Positions 38,501 through 53,195 of a stretch of 63,918 nt of DNA are shown here, piece after piece. The position numbers and the translations under genes were made by a program. The stretch is from Octopus bimaculoides (lineage: Eukaryota). The stretch spans positions 6,392,616-6,456,533 of the forward strand of contig NC_068991.1 of the NCBI RefSeq assembly GCF_001194135.2, written 5' to 3'. The notes beneath the pieces are model-generated. The model searched no databases, had not been told where the DNA came from, and saw nothing but the letters and a program-made list of their open reading frames with translations. Positions within the stretch are counted from its first letter, which is position 1; the number at the start of each line of letters is the position of its first letter.

Positions 38501-41500
38501 AAGAGGATATTATAAACAGAACTCAATAGAACAGAACAAACATATTTATCATGTTTTTCTGTAAATGGAGACTGATCAAGCTGCAAAGTAAAAAAAGAAC
38601 AAATGTTCCGACAAAACAATCCGTGTCCACTTGAAAAAGTAGAGTTGAAACTTGATGAAATTGTTGGTAGTTAATGGTAACAACGATGTTAATAGTTATT
38701 GCGCAAAAAAAGAATATTTTATTTATTTATTTATTTATTCTATTTATTCTTCTGCAAATTAAGACAAAGCACTACTGAGGACATTAGAACTTAGAAACTA
38801 CTGTGGAGAGGTTTTTTAATCCATAACTTTTGAATGTTGTAGATTGCATATGGATTGAATGGTAAGGATTAACTGCATGAAAATCAATATGTCGATGGAC
38901 ATATTGGTTAAAAAGAAATACATTTGTTTTAATCATTGCATGCCTTAATGTATTTTTCTTAAACAAGAGAATTTTGTGATAATGAGTTGTTTTGCAAGCC
39001 ACCGTTTCAGGTGATTGTCTGCTGTTTCAATAAGCCTCAAGATTGATTGCATAACCTAATATTTATATCTTAAAATTTGCAGTAGAAAATATATTTCTCA
39101 ATTCAACCTTTAGCTATCATCCCTGAACCCCTTCTCTATTTAAAACAGATGTAAATTGACCCTTTAGCATTCAGATTACTCTGTCAAATCTAGTGCTTGT
39201 TTATTCAGTTTTGCATTAATCATGAATTAACCTTGGAGCTTCGAAATTTTGATGATGTGGTTGTATATATTTTTAGAATGACATTGTAGGGTATGTGTAA
39301 GAGGCCAGATCTGGCAGGTTTGAGCATAAAACAAGTAGAATATTTGGGTCAGATATGGCTGGTTTAAATGCTAAACGGTTGATATATATATTTTTTCTGA
39401 TTTCAAAATTTGATAGTTTAAACATACAAGCATGGCTGAGTGGTTAAGAAGCTTTGTTCTTAAACATGGGGTCTCAGGTAGTGTCCCACTGTGAGGAAAT
39501 TTGGGCAAGCATTTTCTACGATAACCCCAGGTTGACCAAAGTCTTGTGAGTGGATTTGGTTGATGGAAACTGGAGAAGCCCATCATGTGCATGTATAAGT
39601 TTGTGTGTGTCCATGTGTGTACCCATGTACCACATGATTATCAATATAAGTGATGTTGTTTGTTTCCACTCAGCTTTGGCAAATATGAGTGGTTATGGGG
39701 AAATGTTACCTTGATTGGAAACGGATGAGAGTTAGCAACAGGAAGGGCATCCAGCCATAGAAAACCCTACCTCAACAAATTCCATCTTACTCATGCAAGC
39801 ATGGAAATAGAGGTATTAAATGGTGTTGATAGGAAATTTAAATTTTTAATCTCAGTTCTTGTTTAGGATGGTTATTTATTTAACTTTTTGTCAGATTTTA
39901 ATATTGTTTTTCTATCTAGAATTAATAATAGGAATTTTCTGTCTTTCTGTATTTTGTGAGATTCCTTATCCAGTAAAAGAGAAGGTGCATGGCTTAGTGG
40001 TTAGGATATCTGGCTTACAATTGTAAGGTCATGAGTTCAGTTCCTGGCAGCATGTTATGACCTTGAGCAAGACACTTTATTTCACATTCCTCCAGTCCAC
40101 TTGGCTGGCAAAAATGAGTTGTACCTGTAATTTCAAAGGACCAGGCTAGCTACATTCAGTGTCACACTAAATCTCCTTGAGTATTATATTAAGGGTACAC
40201 ATGTCTGTGGAGTGCTCAGCCACTTGCACATTAATTTCATGGTCAGATCGACTGGAACCCTTGTTGCTGTAACCGATGGACTGCCACTTACTCGGTAAAG
40301 AAGTTAGGATATGAGATTATTGCAGCCTGACTCTGTTCCACACTAGACATTCTCATTTGTGACTAACTAGCTATCTCTGCCTGAATACAGTTTATTAGCT
40401 TTCATTGTGAACCACTTTATCAGGTTCATCAATAAATAGATTTAACAGAAGAAGTGTTGTTTGAACATGGTTTGTGGGTTCCTGTCTTGCAACAATCATC
40501 CATCCGTAAGCTTAGAGTGCAGCCTAACCAATAACTAGTATTGATTATAAATTGATGGAAAAAGAATTTTGTAAGGCACAGTTATTTTTCTGTTTTACAA
40601 TTCTGTCCGTTAAAATGTTGTTTTGTAGTATTAGTAACAGTGTTGGTAGATTTCTTTCATTTGTGAAAATGTAATTAGCTCATAAAATTTGCCCTTCTAT
40701 TGATCTTTTCTATTATTTTGGAGCATTTCAAAACAATAAATAAATAAAAAATATCTAAAAAAAAAAAAACTAATAATAATAATATATTATTTCCCACTGG
40801 AAATAGATTAACAAGTACCGATTTGGCTTGATCTGAATCATTACTAACCTCTTCTATCTTGCTATCAGCTTCCTTTTCTCTTCAACCATCAGAGTAAAAG
40901 TTGAACTACAACTACAGTTTTTCAACAAAGTAGCCAATAACAGTAGCCATTACTGAACATTTACTACTTTTTCAGCATCATTGTTGCTTCTTTTTTACTT
41001 TTTATTGATAAAAATATTGACTACTTATCAGAAAATATTTAATCTCTTGACAAACCATTTTTTTGTTTTATTATTATTACTATTTCATTATCTATTTTTA
41101 TCTTAATTATGAACATTCACATATTTGTTTTTAGGACATTTACTCAGATTGAGATATTTTAGAATTGCTCAGATAGATAGTGCTATAATTCTTAATTAAA
41201 AGGTTATACCAACTGCATGACTAAATTAACGAATCCCTTTATATTGTAGTATTTGTATCTGCACTTGTGGCTACATTTACCCAGGGTGAGTTGAGCCATT
41301 TCCAACCAACAAGTTCACTTTTGAAGTTTCACTGGGAACACAAGTTCACATGTATGTGGTCCACGTTCACGTGCACACACAATTTGTGATAGGGTGATCT
41401 GTAGCAGCTCATCTTGCTGTTGATTATTGACCATTGCAGAGGATTCACTGCCGATTATAGGAGCAGATGTAGCCTGGGTTTGAAGCAAGTTCTAGAAACC

Positions 41501-44500
41501 TACTTTGACAAAAGCTAAGGGGTGCCCCACTCCCCCAGTGGTCTTCCAGCATAGTGGACACCAACATAGAATTTCTGAGGGACTGTTCTCTTTAAACAAT
41601 TGTAGCATGGGAGGTGTTTATAAGCCATTTAAAAAGACACAAAAACCGTTAGGTTCACTTCAACATTTAAATTTAATTTGCCAAAATATTTTCGTCGCAC
41701 AGAATTTTGTCAGTGAACAGGTCGGGGTCTCAAAGCAACGAAAATATTTCGACAAATTAAATTTATATCAACATTTTAAAGGGAGATAAATCATAAAAAT
41801 ATTTCAGTAAAAATTTTAATTTGTGAGTTTCCTTAATAATTTCGCATTTGTGTTTATTGTTGTGACGGTGAAAGTCCTTTTTCAAGTACATTTGTTCTCA
41901 GATTTGTTTCAACATGACAACTAGGTTTGTACATAGAGCTGGTTTATTTATTTTCTATATTTTCATCTAAGCAGAATGAGGCCCTAAAGGCTTCTTATTT
42001 ATGTCTATGTTCCTGACAAATCCCTCTCACACAACTCCTCTTCTTAGCCCCCCTCCCCCACCCTTCACCCATATTTACCACTCACTACATTCCCCTCCCC
42101 TTTATCTCCCACTTTCCTTTTGCATTCTTGCAAACTTACCCCCTCACTCCCCTTGTCCATTCCTCTGCACCACTTCTTACATCTTCACCACCAACTTCTC
42201 TCTGTCTCTCTGTCTCTCTCTCTCTCTCTCTCTTTCTCTTTGTCTCTGTTTTCCAACTGGGGTAGCCATACACCTCCCTGCAGCAAAACACCTGTTTCCG
42301 TCCTTCTATCGTAACTTAAGCCTCTCAACACCTGGCATAAAGCCACCTCCCTCAGTACAACACTCCCCACTCCCTTAGTCGAGGAGTCTTGCTTTGCAAG
42401 TTATGTGGACCCTTGCAGGTGTCACACAAAAAGCACCCAGTATACTCTGTTAAGTGGCATTAGGAAGGGCATCCAGCTGTAGAAGCCATGCCAAAGCAGA
42501 CATTGGGATTTGGTACAATCTTCAGGCTCACCAGTTCCTGTTAAATGACCCAATCCATTCCAGCATAGAAAACAGACATTAAATGATGATGTTATGTATA
42601 TAAGTACACTGTCATTGATAAACAGAATTATTCATTTGTTTGTTTTGTTAGACGCCCTAATTTCAGAAGTAAAATATTTGAATTGTTTGCTGCACCGTGT
42701 AGGGGTGATGTATAAAATTAACAAGTGACAATGGCTTCCTCTTCAGCTGTACTTTAATAATATATTTACTTTCGCCCCTTACAATTTTCTATCCATGGTG
42801 ATTAAGATTCCATTTCATAATACACACACTCAAGTGTAACATTTTAGTTTAAGATTTGAAAGACAGAATCAAGAATTTATTTTTCCAAGCTGTGACTGTT
42901 CCTTGCTCTAGTGTTATATAATTTGTTTTCTCTATTCTGAAATCTGAGGCTAAAGGTTTCTATAATAACTTATTAGAAAATGGCAATTTGAAGAGTTTAA
43001 CATTTACGTTTGACCTTTCTATGTATTTAGTAAGAGGCAAATATCTTAAGGAACTGGAATCTTGTATAGGCGGAAGACTGTTTATGAAATATAGTAATTA
43101 GAGTAACGATGAGTTTGCCTGCTTGTGCTTTATTCAGCAGTTGTTGCCACTGTTAGGCTCATTTTTGCAACCATGTGATTTCAAGTTCAGTCCCAGCACC
43201 TTGTGTGCAGCACCTTGGGCATGTGTCTTCTATAGCCCAAAGCCAATCTGTGCTTTGTGAGTGAAATTGGTAGATGGAACCGCTGTGGAAGCCTACTGTG
43301 TGTGTGTGTGTGTGTTGTCCCCTCCACCACTTGACAACAGTTGGTAGTTTGTATGCATCATCATAACATTAGCAGTTCAGCAAAGAGACTGATAAAATAA
43401 GCACCGTGCTTAAAAAAAAATACTGGGGTTTAGTTTTGTTTGACTAAATCCCTTGAAGGTGGTGCCCAGCATGGCTGCAGTCCAATGACTGAAACAAGTA
43501 AAAGATAAAAGATCCCTGCAGCAACCTGTGTAATTCTCAACAGAGAATTATGCACAAATAGATCAGTTGGGAAAAACAGTTTTATTTTCAATAATTGACA
43601 TTGAAATTTATATCATTGTGAATGCCGCTTGAAATGGAAGCTGTAATCCTGTGAGAGTGAATTGTTAGAAGGTCTCAGTTCAGTTCTTGGCACAGTGATA
43701 TGTTTCTTCATAATGAGTGGTTGGCGTTAGGAAGGGCATCCAGCTGTAGAAACTTGCCAGATCAGATTGGAGCCTGGTGCAGCCCCCTGGCTTGCCAGTC
43801 CCCAGTCAAACCGTCCAACCCATGCCAGCATGGAAAACAGACATTAAACTATGATGATGATGATGATTATTATTCATTTGATCTTCACTTTAGCTTTATT
43901 ATTATCATTATTATTAGTTTATTTGTCAGATTTCTTGCATAACACATTCTGTGTGACTTCTTCAATGACTTTCTGTTCCTCATGTCTCCTTGTCTCTCTG
44001 GTTTTGTCCTCTCTGTTATGAAAGAACTATAAATAGTGCATGTGTTTATTGGCAAAACGACCATCCTCACATATAAACAATATCTGTTTCAACACATGGA
44101 TTTCATGTGAAGAATCTTGCAAAACAAATACTTAAATGTCTGTTAATTATTTCACACCCATCAAAGCCTTCATTCAACTTTATAATAGCTATCAGCAATG
44201 GAATTTTTCTCCCAACAGAATTATTTTGAAGTCATTGACCTAAGGCATCATCCTGTATACATAATAGTTCACCTGCATATTTTTTGCAACCACTTACATC
44301 TATAAACATCATGCCCTGACCATCCTTTTCTTTTGGGAACATGAGAACAAAGTGCAGTGGATCAAAATCCTTATTCACTCAACTAATTTATTGCAAACTT
44401 TGATCATCTTTATATAAAACAATTTCCGTTGTTGTTTTTCTCGTGTCCCACGTTAAATGGTTGCTATTTGAGAAACAATATGGAATTTGAGGTTGCGTGC

Positions 44501-47500
44501 CATCTGTTACATGAGATGGTATTGTGATATGCAGATGGTCAAGTAGTCATTCAACAAGCTCTGTAGAAGTATTTGGCTTCATGCAGATGTTGTATATAAT
44601 GTACATTTGATATGAATTTCAATAAAAGATGCCGTTTGGTCAGTGGTTAGCAGTAGTCAAGTTGAAAGAAAGTGACACACGTAATCTTGAACTCTTCATG
44701 TTCATACACCACGTACCTTTTTAGAGCCAGTTCCCAATCATAGTTTGTCTCACATGAGGTGAAACTTGTTGAATATGTTGAAGGGGGTTCACCTGCATGG
44801 CTGCCATCTAATAATTGAAACCAGTGAGACAATACATGTATCTAGGACAATAGGTTGGAAGAAATAATAAAATGCCTTGCAGTATTTAGTTTGAGCCTCT
44901 GTGGTCTGAGTAAATAAAACACATACCAGTCATAAACTGGAGTTAATTCAATCAATTAAATGCCTCCCTCTATAAATGTGTGGCCTTTTGCCAGTATATA
45001 CATATTGCTGTTTTGCCTCGACTGGATATCAGTTTCATCAGTTTATAACTCTCTGTTTCTATTTTCAGGTTGTGAAGATATAATTGTAGAAAGTATTGCT
45101 GTAGAAAATTTAAGTTCTATTTTGACATGGAGTTCTGAACCCCATGGGTCTCAATGGGTCCATCGGCAAGCTTTACATTTTTTACGAGAAGAATTTCTTC
45201 AGTTGCTACACTCTCCAATTTTCTGTGAAATGGGAAAAGATTATCTCATTGCTGCCATTTGCTCTGACTTCTTACAGGTAAAGCTGTTTTCTGTATTTTA
45301 TTTCAAGTTATAATTAATTACATATTTTGTTACTGCATCTTTTGATATTTTTTTTCTCTCTGTCTAGAAATATTGGTTTTGTTTGGACTTCAACACTTTG
45401 CTTACCTTGTCTACCACCTGCAACACCTGCAGTTCAGAATGAATATAATATTTGCTCTGAACTGTGGGATGTCACTGTTGACACCCATGCTGTAAATCTG
45501 TCATAGTTTATATTGTGAGCTAAAACAGATATCTGGTTAAAAAAAGTGCATAATTAGGCCAATAGTACAAAAGAAAATATGATGTAAAATGGGTTTGATA
45601 GATGAAGTGTTAATTATTTATATGATGTTTGATGTCATATGGTCATGGTTAATCCAAAATACTCTGTAAGAAGCATAAGGTAGGTTTCCTGGTTTTTCTG
45701 TCATATACAGGGTGCGTAAGATATTTGAGGACAAATTTATGTTTATAAAAAAAACAGATATATAATAACAGATAATTACTTTATTTATCAAAAAATGCTA
45801 TGACGATAAAAATAAACCTTCTTTTCTATAATGTTATTCACTAAAGCCACCTTCAGCTTCAACAACTGCTTCTATATGAGATCTAAATCATTTACATGCT
45901 TGAATCAAGTGGTCCTCATTCATTTTGGACATTACTCTGACTATGTCAACTTTCAAAGTGTCTTTGGCATTATGGGCATGCTCATTGACCTCTCTCTCAA
46001 CAATGCTCCACATGTAGTAGTCCAATGGATTGAGATCTGGGTAATAAGGAGGTTAAATGTTAGAGGTTATGTGATCATGGAAATTTTCAGCCACCGATTC
46101 CTGTGTTACTAGAGCCATGTGTGATAGTGCAGAGACTTACTGAAACACATATGGCCTTCCATTGCATACACTGTCTTTGGTCGGCCCGAGGCTATAGTAG
46201 AAGACACTTGCCCAAGATGCCACGCAGTGGGACTGAACCCAGAACCATGTGGTTGGTAAGCAAGCTACTTACCACACAGCCATTCCAGTTGAAGTTTGTC
46301 ATATATATATATGTGTGTGTGTGTTTTTCTGTTTGTATTGACTCCCTACCGCTTGACAACTGGTGTTGGTTGTTTACATCCCCATTACTTAGCAGTTTGG
46401 CAGAAGAGCCTGATAGAATAAGCCCTGCAGTTGATTTGTTCAAGTAAAACCTTCCAATGCATTACCTCGACATGGCAGCAGTCTAATGACTGAAACGAGT
46501 AGAAGATAAATTAATGTGCATTTTCCTTTCAATTTATAATCAATTATAAACGGCTGCAGTAACATTTAGAGACTCTACCATCTGTGTGCTGGTTTCAAAA
46601 TAAATTACTTTCACTGATAAGGGGCTTTGTTAATGAGCTGGTGTTACATCATCCAGATTGAGTCTAGCAAATGAGCTGAAGATATTTTAAGTTGATAACA
46701 GTTTTATATTACTAACTATAACTAATTGGATATTAATGAAAAAACAGAAAAATAATTTTTTCCTTTTTCTACATTTTGTTATCTTTTATTTATTTTGTTA
46801 AAAAGAATTACATGAAAATTACAATACTGATAACACTAAAATGGTATATGATGAACACACATATCATCATCATCATCATCATAATTGAATTTCCACTTTT
46901 CCATGTATGCATGGGTCAGATCGAATTTGGTGAGGCAGATGCCTTTCCTGTCACCAACCATCAGCTGTTTCAAAACAAGATAGTATTCTCCCATAGGTAG
47001 ATATTTTTTTCATGGAAGACTGGAAATGAACAGCATCACCTGTATGACAATGATGCTCATTTATGAACATCATGCGTACACAAGGACACATACATACACA
47101 CACACACACACATGACAGGTGTCTTTCAAGTTTTGTCTATCACATCCACTCACAAGGCTTTGGCTGGCCCAGGGTTTTAGTGAAGTGGTTGCCATTAGGA
47201 AGAGCATCCAGCCATAGGAACCATGCTAAGGCTGATGTTGGAGATCAACATAAACTTGCAGCTCACCAAAGCTTGTCAGACTTTCCAACCCATGCCAGCA
47301 TGAAAAGCAGACATCAAATGATGATGATTCCTATTGGTTTTAATTTCTACTGTTTTTTTTTTCATTATGTTTGGAAAGGAAAGCAAAATAATATCGACTG
47401 TTAATTAGCTCTCACACTGCTCAACAATTCTGAGAACACACGTTCTTTATTCTGTTAGTTTAGTGTTCTTCTAATTTTGGCAATCCATTGTCTATTTTTG

Positions 47501-47810
47501 TGAAACTTTTAGATAAATTTTATTAATGTGAATTAAAATCTCTCATTGATTGATTTTTATATTTCTCATCTGAAATATTCTCTGTTGTTTGAAAAGCAAG
47601 TTGGGTTGTTTATTGAGATAAGGTTGTGGCAATTGATATTTTATGAGTACAGCCTTGGCTAAGTGGTAAGAAATTTGTTTCCTAACCACATGGTTTGGGC
47701 TCGATCTTTCTGTATGGAACCTTGGGCAAGTGTCTTTTACTATAGCCCTAGGCTAACCAATGCCTTGTGAATGGATTTGGTAGATGGAAACTGAAAAAAA
47801 GTATGTTGTA

Positions 47811-47841
<31 letters not shown>

Positions 47842-50800
47842 AGTGGTAGTTGTCAACGAGGGTCACAATCATACAGGTGGTGTCTTTTGTTTCCAATCTT
47901 CTGTGTCAACATTCCTGGTCATAGAAAAATATTACCTCACTTGGAAACAGGTGAAGGTTGGTGACAGCAAGAGCATTTCAGTTGTAGAAGATTCACCTCA
48001 ACAAATTCTCTCTGACTTATGTGAGCATAGAAAAATGGACATTAAAAACAATGATCACAAGTCTGAAGTTCTACAACTCTGTGAGTGAGGATCCATCTTA
48101 ACCCCCTCATTCATCACACATCACCAGAATAAATAATCAGATTAGCTAGAAAACCAGGGAGTGACCTAGATGTCACATCGTGAACCACCGTGAACCGACT
48201 GACTGGGCACTTGATATAATAATTGGATTCATGTTTTTGAGTGCTGTCTTTTGATAAAGAATGAGAAAAGGGGGTGAGAGAGACTGATGTCCTCTCTGAA
48301 GAGTAATGTATCTCTCATCTGCTTGTTGCTGTCAAATTAGGGGGTAATGGAGCAGGGGTGCATGGTGGTGGTAGTGGTGGTAGTGGTGGTGGAGAAATAA
48401 CTTGCTCTTCAAGCACAAATCTTGACTGAGTTTGAGTTTTAAAACAATATTTTTAAACTGCTTCCTTTACAATTTTGTAAGGTTTTATTGTTTTATTAAC
48501 TTAAATGCTTTTCTTTTATACCTTTAAAAAAAAATTTCATTGTTAATGTTTTTTAAAGTTAAAAATCTAAAACTCACACATGCAACTACATGCACACACA
48601 CACACAATGTTAAAGAAACCAACTTCCTGGCATTCTGTGTAAAAGGAGCTCTGTTCACTATTAAATCCATACCATTCACAACTTCTACATTAATTTTCCC
48701 TTCCTTCCGACCTATTTTCTACTCACTGCACTTGAAGACCTGCTTTCTTCATTTCTGTATAAACATTTCCTCCTTGTGAACTATCTGTGTCTATTTCTAT
48801 ATTTCTACATTAATCTTTCTTTGTCTATTACTAATCTACATTCTGAAAAATATATTGTTTCCCCCGGACACTTTCTTTATCTTTTCTACATTTCAGTTAC
48901 TTTGTTATTGATCCAGTAACTTTAATGAAAACTATTTTTACAACAAAATATTAACATCTCTTAACAAAAATAAAGTTTTTGCATTGTAAGGAATATCCCC
49001 CCCCCCCCCTTCAGCACATAATGGCTATTTAGTCTCTTAACTTGACTCAGTGGAGTGTTTTACATGCAAAGACTTAATTTTGAATAACATTTAGTGTGCA
49101 TACTTCATATATTCATATTATTCAGTTGATAAATGAATAAATACAGTTTGAAATGTCATTCACCTCATTAAAATGTCTCGTATTCACTTATCTGGAAATA
49201 CTTGTATGCTTTCATACAGTTTTGTATACCTTGCTTGTATTATTCACATTCAGTTTGAGATATTTGTATGTGTTTAGAAATGCATACATTACTTCTGAAT
49301 TTTGCTTATTTAATTTTCTGCATTTATTTTGCAAACTCATATGGGCACAAGCATTGCTCTGTGGTTAATAATCTGGCTTCCCAACCATGTGGTCTTTGGG
49401 CTCAATCTCACTGCACAGCACCACCTTAGTCCCCAGGCCGACCAAAGCCTTGTGAGTGGATTTGGTAGACGGAAACTGCATGAAAGCCCATTGTGTGTGT
49501 GTTTGTGTGTACCCTAGTCTAGATATCATGTGATGGCTGTAAATGAGCATCATTGTCAAACAAGCGAGGTTGTTTCCAGTTTTCCATGAAAAACATGTCT
49601 GGCTATAGGGAAATATTACCTTGCTTTGAGGGAGGTGAGGGTTGGCAGCAGGAAGAGTATCTGGTCATAAACAAATTTGCTTCAATAAAGCGTATGTTAA
49701 ACGATGATGATGTCTATCAATATTCTGTTAGATTTGAGTTTTTATTTTGATAATTTTTATTCTATTTCTATCCTTTCAATATTCTGAAGTCAAAAGTCTC
49801 CATTCCATTGTCAGTATTCACAGTAGCTAACTTAAATAGTTGTGTCTCTTTTGTTAGAGAAATTTTCCATGAGGCATGCTAGGAAGAACTGTGATAATTC
49901 TATCTGGCATTGTTACCTCTATACTTTAGACCAAGGCTATTAAATGTATCCTACCTTATTTCTTTGATTACAAATGTCCTTTCCTGCAGACTGCAATCAA
50001 GCTTTAAAAACATTCAGTTGTAATGAGTAAAGTTAAATTGTTAAATGTTTCCATTTAAAAGTATATGACCTATATATATATATATATATGCTAGCATGGA
50101 AAGTGGACGCTAAACAATGATGATGATATTTGTAGAGAGAGATTCAGATGAATTAAGTACTTAAGTTGAGGCACCAGAATTTAGTATGGTATTATCCATA
50201 GTTTCAAAATAAGGTGATTAAAATCAAAATAAGCAACAGGATATCCAGAGGTGATGCAGTACAATCGTTTCAAGCGACTCCATTTAATTGCACAATGCAA
50301 CCATTACATCAATTTAAATGCAGAGCACCTAGTCTACTCTAAGTGGCTGGCATTAGGAAGGGCATCCAGCCATAGAAACCATGTGAAAGCTGGCATTGGA
50401 CTTCAAATGCAGCTCTTCCCTTTAACAATACATGTTAGGGAGATGACATCGAGTTTGAACCTTAATTCCGTGAACATTTTATAGTTAATGTCAGTTTTTT
50501 AGATTTTTCTTTTTAAACAAATAGTAGATTATACAAAATCAGTTAAAGTTATCCACGCACGCTTGAGAGGAGCAGAGCAGGTTCTTGTATAAGAGGTAGA
50601 TGACTGCTCACATTTAGAAGAGTGAGAGAGGAAAAATGATCCTTTGGAACTGCAAAGAGATAAATATTAGAGGTGGGGTATCCAGATGCCCCCCCCCCAA
50701 GGCACAAGGTGAGTAGCTGGGGGGTTTTGCAAGATTGTATAGGACTATTAATTTTAAATATTCCAATTATCACTATTGTTGTCATCATCATCATTGCCAT

Positions 50801-50977
50801 CATCATCATCATTAATGACTGAGAATAATCAAATTGACAAGAAAATATGGAGGTGTGTGTGTGTGTGGGGGGGGGGCTGATTGCATAGTTTAATTTTCCT
50901 ACTCACTTAGTGGGTTGAATAACTAGCTATTCATGTAAAATTTTATTGTTAGCATTATTTCTCATGAGAATAAAATG

Positions 50978-51051
<74 letters not shown>

Positions 51052-51562
51052 GTATATATGTATATGTATGTACTAAAATAAGTTTGCTAAAATTTTGTAT
51101 TCCTTTCATATCTAGTAGCACCCGTTTGCTTTTTATTCAATAACTCTCCGTCTGTATTGTTTTGTTCTGTCTGCTGACATAGCTAAGTAAATTCAAAATA
51201 CCACAGTTAAAATATTTGCATAACTTTCATAAATAATTCATTAATGTTTCTTTTCTTTTTTCTTTTGTTTTTGCTTTAATTTTATGTTGAAATAATAGTT
51301 TTAATATAAATAGTCTAATTGATAAAGTGGTGTTGTGGCACTTTCATTTCTACATTAACAACTGAGATGAGTTTTTATTACATTTGTAAGGATTTATCAA
51401 ACCTTCGACCAATCCAGAAACCATAGGAGATTTTCCTTTTACTGCTGCCTTGTTATTGTGAGCGACTGCAGGAATCTGATTTGTGTCGGGTTTTGTACAA
51501 TTGGAAGGAGACAAAAAAAACCTAAGCCTGTAATGCATATAAAGCAGAAAATCTGTAAGCTC

Positions 51563-51603
<41 letters not shown>

Positions 51604-53130
51604 GCATACACACACATTCATATACATAGGTGAAGCTGTGTGGTTTTGAGTTTAGCTCCACTGTGCACCATCTTGGTCAAGTGTTCAACTATAGTCTTGG
51701 GGCTTGTGAGTGAATATGGTAGATGGAACCTAGAAGAAGCTCGTGTGTGTGTGTGTGTGTAAGCAATGTCATTCATTTCCAATATTCTGCAAAAGCATGT
51801 TTGGCAATGGGGGGAATATTACCTTGCTTGGAAGTAAGTGAAGGTTGACAGGCAGGGTAATCCAGCTGTAGAAAAAATCTGCCTCAGTAAACTCCTCCAT
51901 CTGACCCCCCCATACAAGCATAGAAAAGTAGACATTAAAACGATGATGATGATAATGTGGGGCAGACAAAGATATCTTTTATACATTGTCTTTGGTTGCA
52001 TTGGTTGACAAGGTCTATACAGTTTGATATTTTGGATGTGTTCTTGGGAAGTTCAAAGCTATATTTTTCAATATCTTTCATAGTGAAATGTATACAGTAA
52101 TCCCTTGCTATATCACGGTTCACTTTTGTATGTATAACGCATTTGGTAATTTACTTTTATACTATATGCTGGTTTTTATATTGTATTTCAGGCTGGCGAA
52201 TTAGATGTTCTGAATGCTGTATTAAAATGGGGGGAACACCAGCTTGTGAAAAGAGTGGAGGAACGAGGTAAGTGGGCTTCCAATAATAATAGTGTTTTAC
52301 TTTCATCATATTTAGCATTAGAATTGTGTGTGTGTGTTGTTACAGTGTCGATTGAAAAAACATCTTCAAATAGTTGCAATTAGAATATAATTATTATTAT
52401 TATATAATGCACTGAATTTAGAGTTCAAGGGTCATCATGGAGTTCTATAATGAAAATGATTTCAGTATTTGCAACACTAACTCCAGGAAACTGGTCAACC
52501 ATCTGGTCACCTGCCATTTATGGGAACACATCAGCCAGATAGACTTCATACTCTCCAAATGTCTTTTTAAATGCTCTCCTATACGTGAATGTTTTTAATT
52601 GAAGGAAACCTTGTGTATTACCAGTAGACGACCAAGGATTAATATAAATAGTAATTAGTAATGATATAAATAATAGGCATGGCTGTGTGGTTAAGAAGCT
52701 TACTTTGCATCTCTATGGCTTTAGGTTCAGTCTTATTGTACAGCATTTTGGGCGAGGGTCTTCTGCTATTGCCTCAGGCTGCTCAATTCCTTGTGAGTGA
52801 ATTTGGTTGGTGGATATCAAGTGGAAGCCCATTTTATATAATACTAGAACCATCCCTGATTAATGAAAAATCTTCATGCCAAATTTAGTACAGATTGATC
52901 CAGCGGTTTGACCGTGCATAGAGGAAACACACACATACAGTGAATTTTATAGATAAAAGTGAAACAATATTATAGTCTTATCAAAAGTGAAAATAAAAGA
53001 GAAACAATATATCACTGAAAGAAAAATCAGAAAGGTCATATGGGGGGGGCGCAGCCCCCTATATGGGCAAGGAGCAAAATTTGACCCCCCCCCCCACTAG
53101 AACCTTCCCTGAGTAATGAANNNNNNNNNN

Positions 53131-53195
<65 letters not shown>

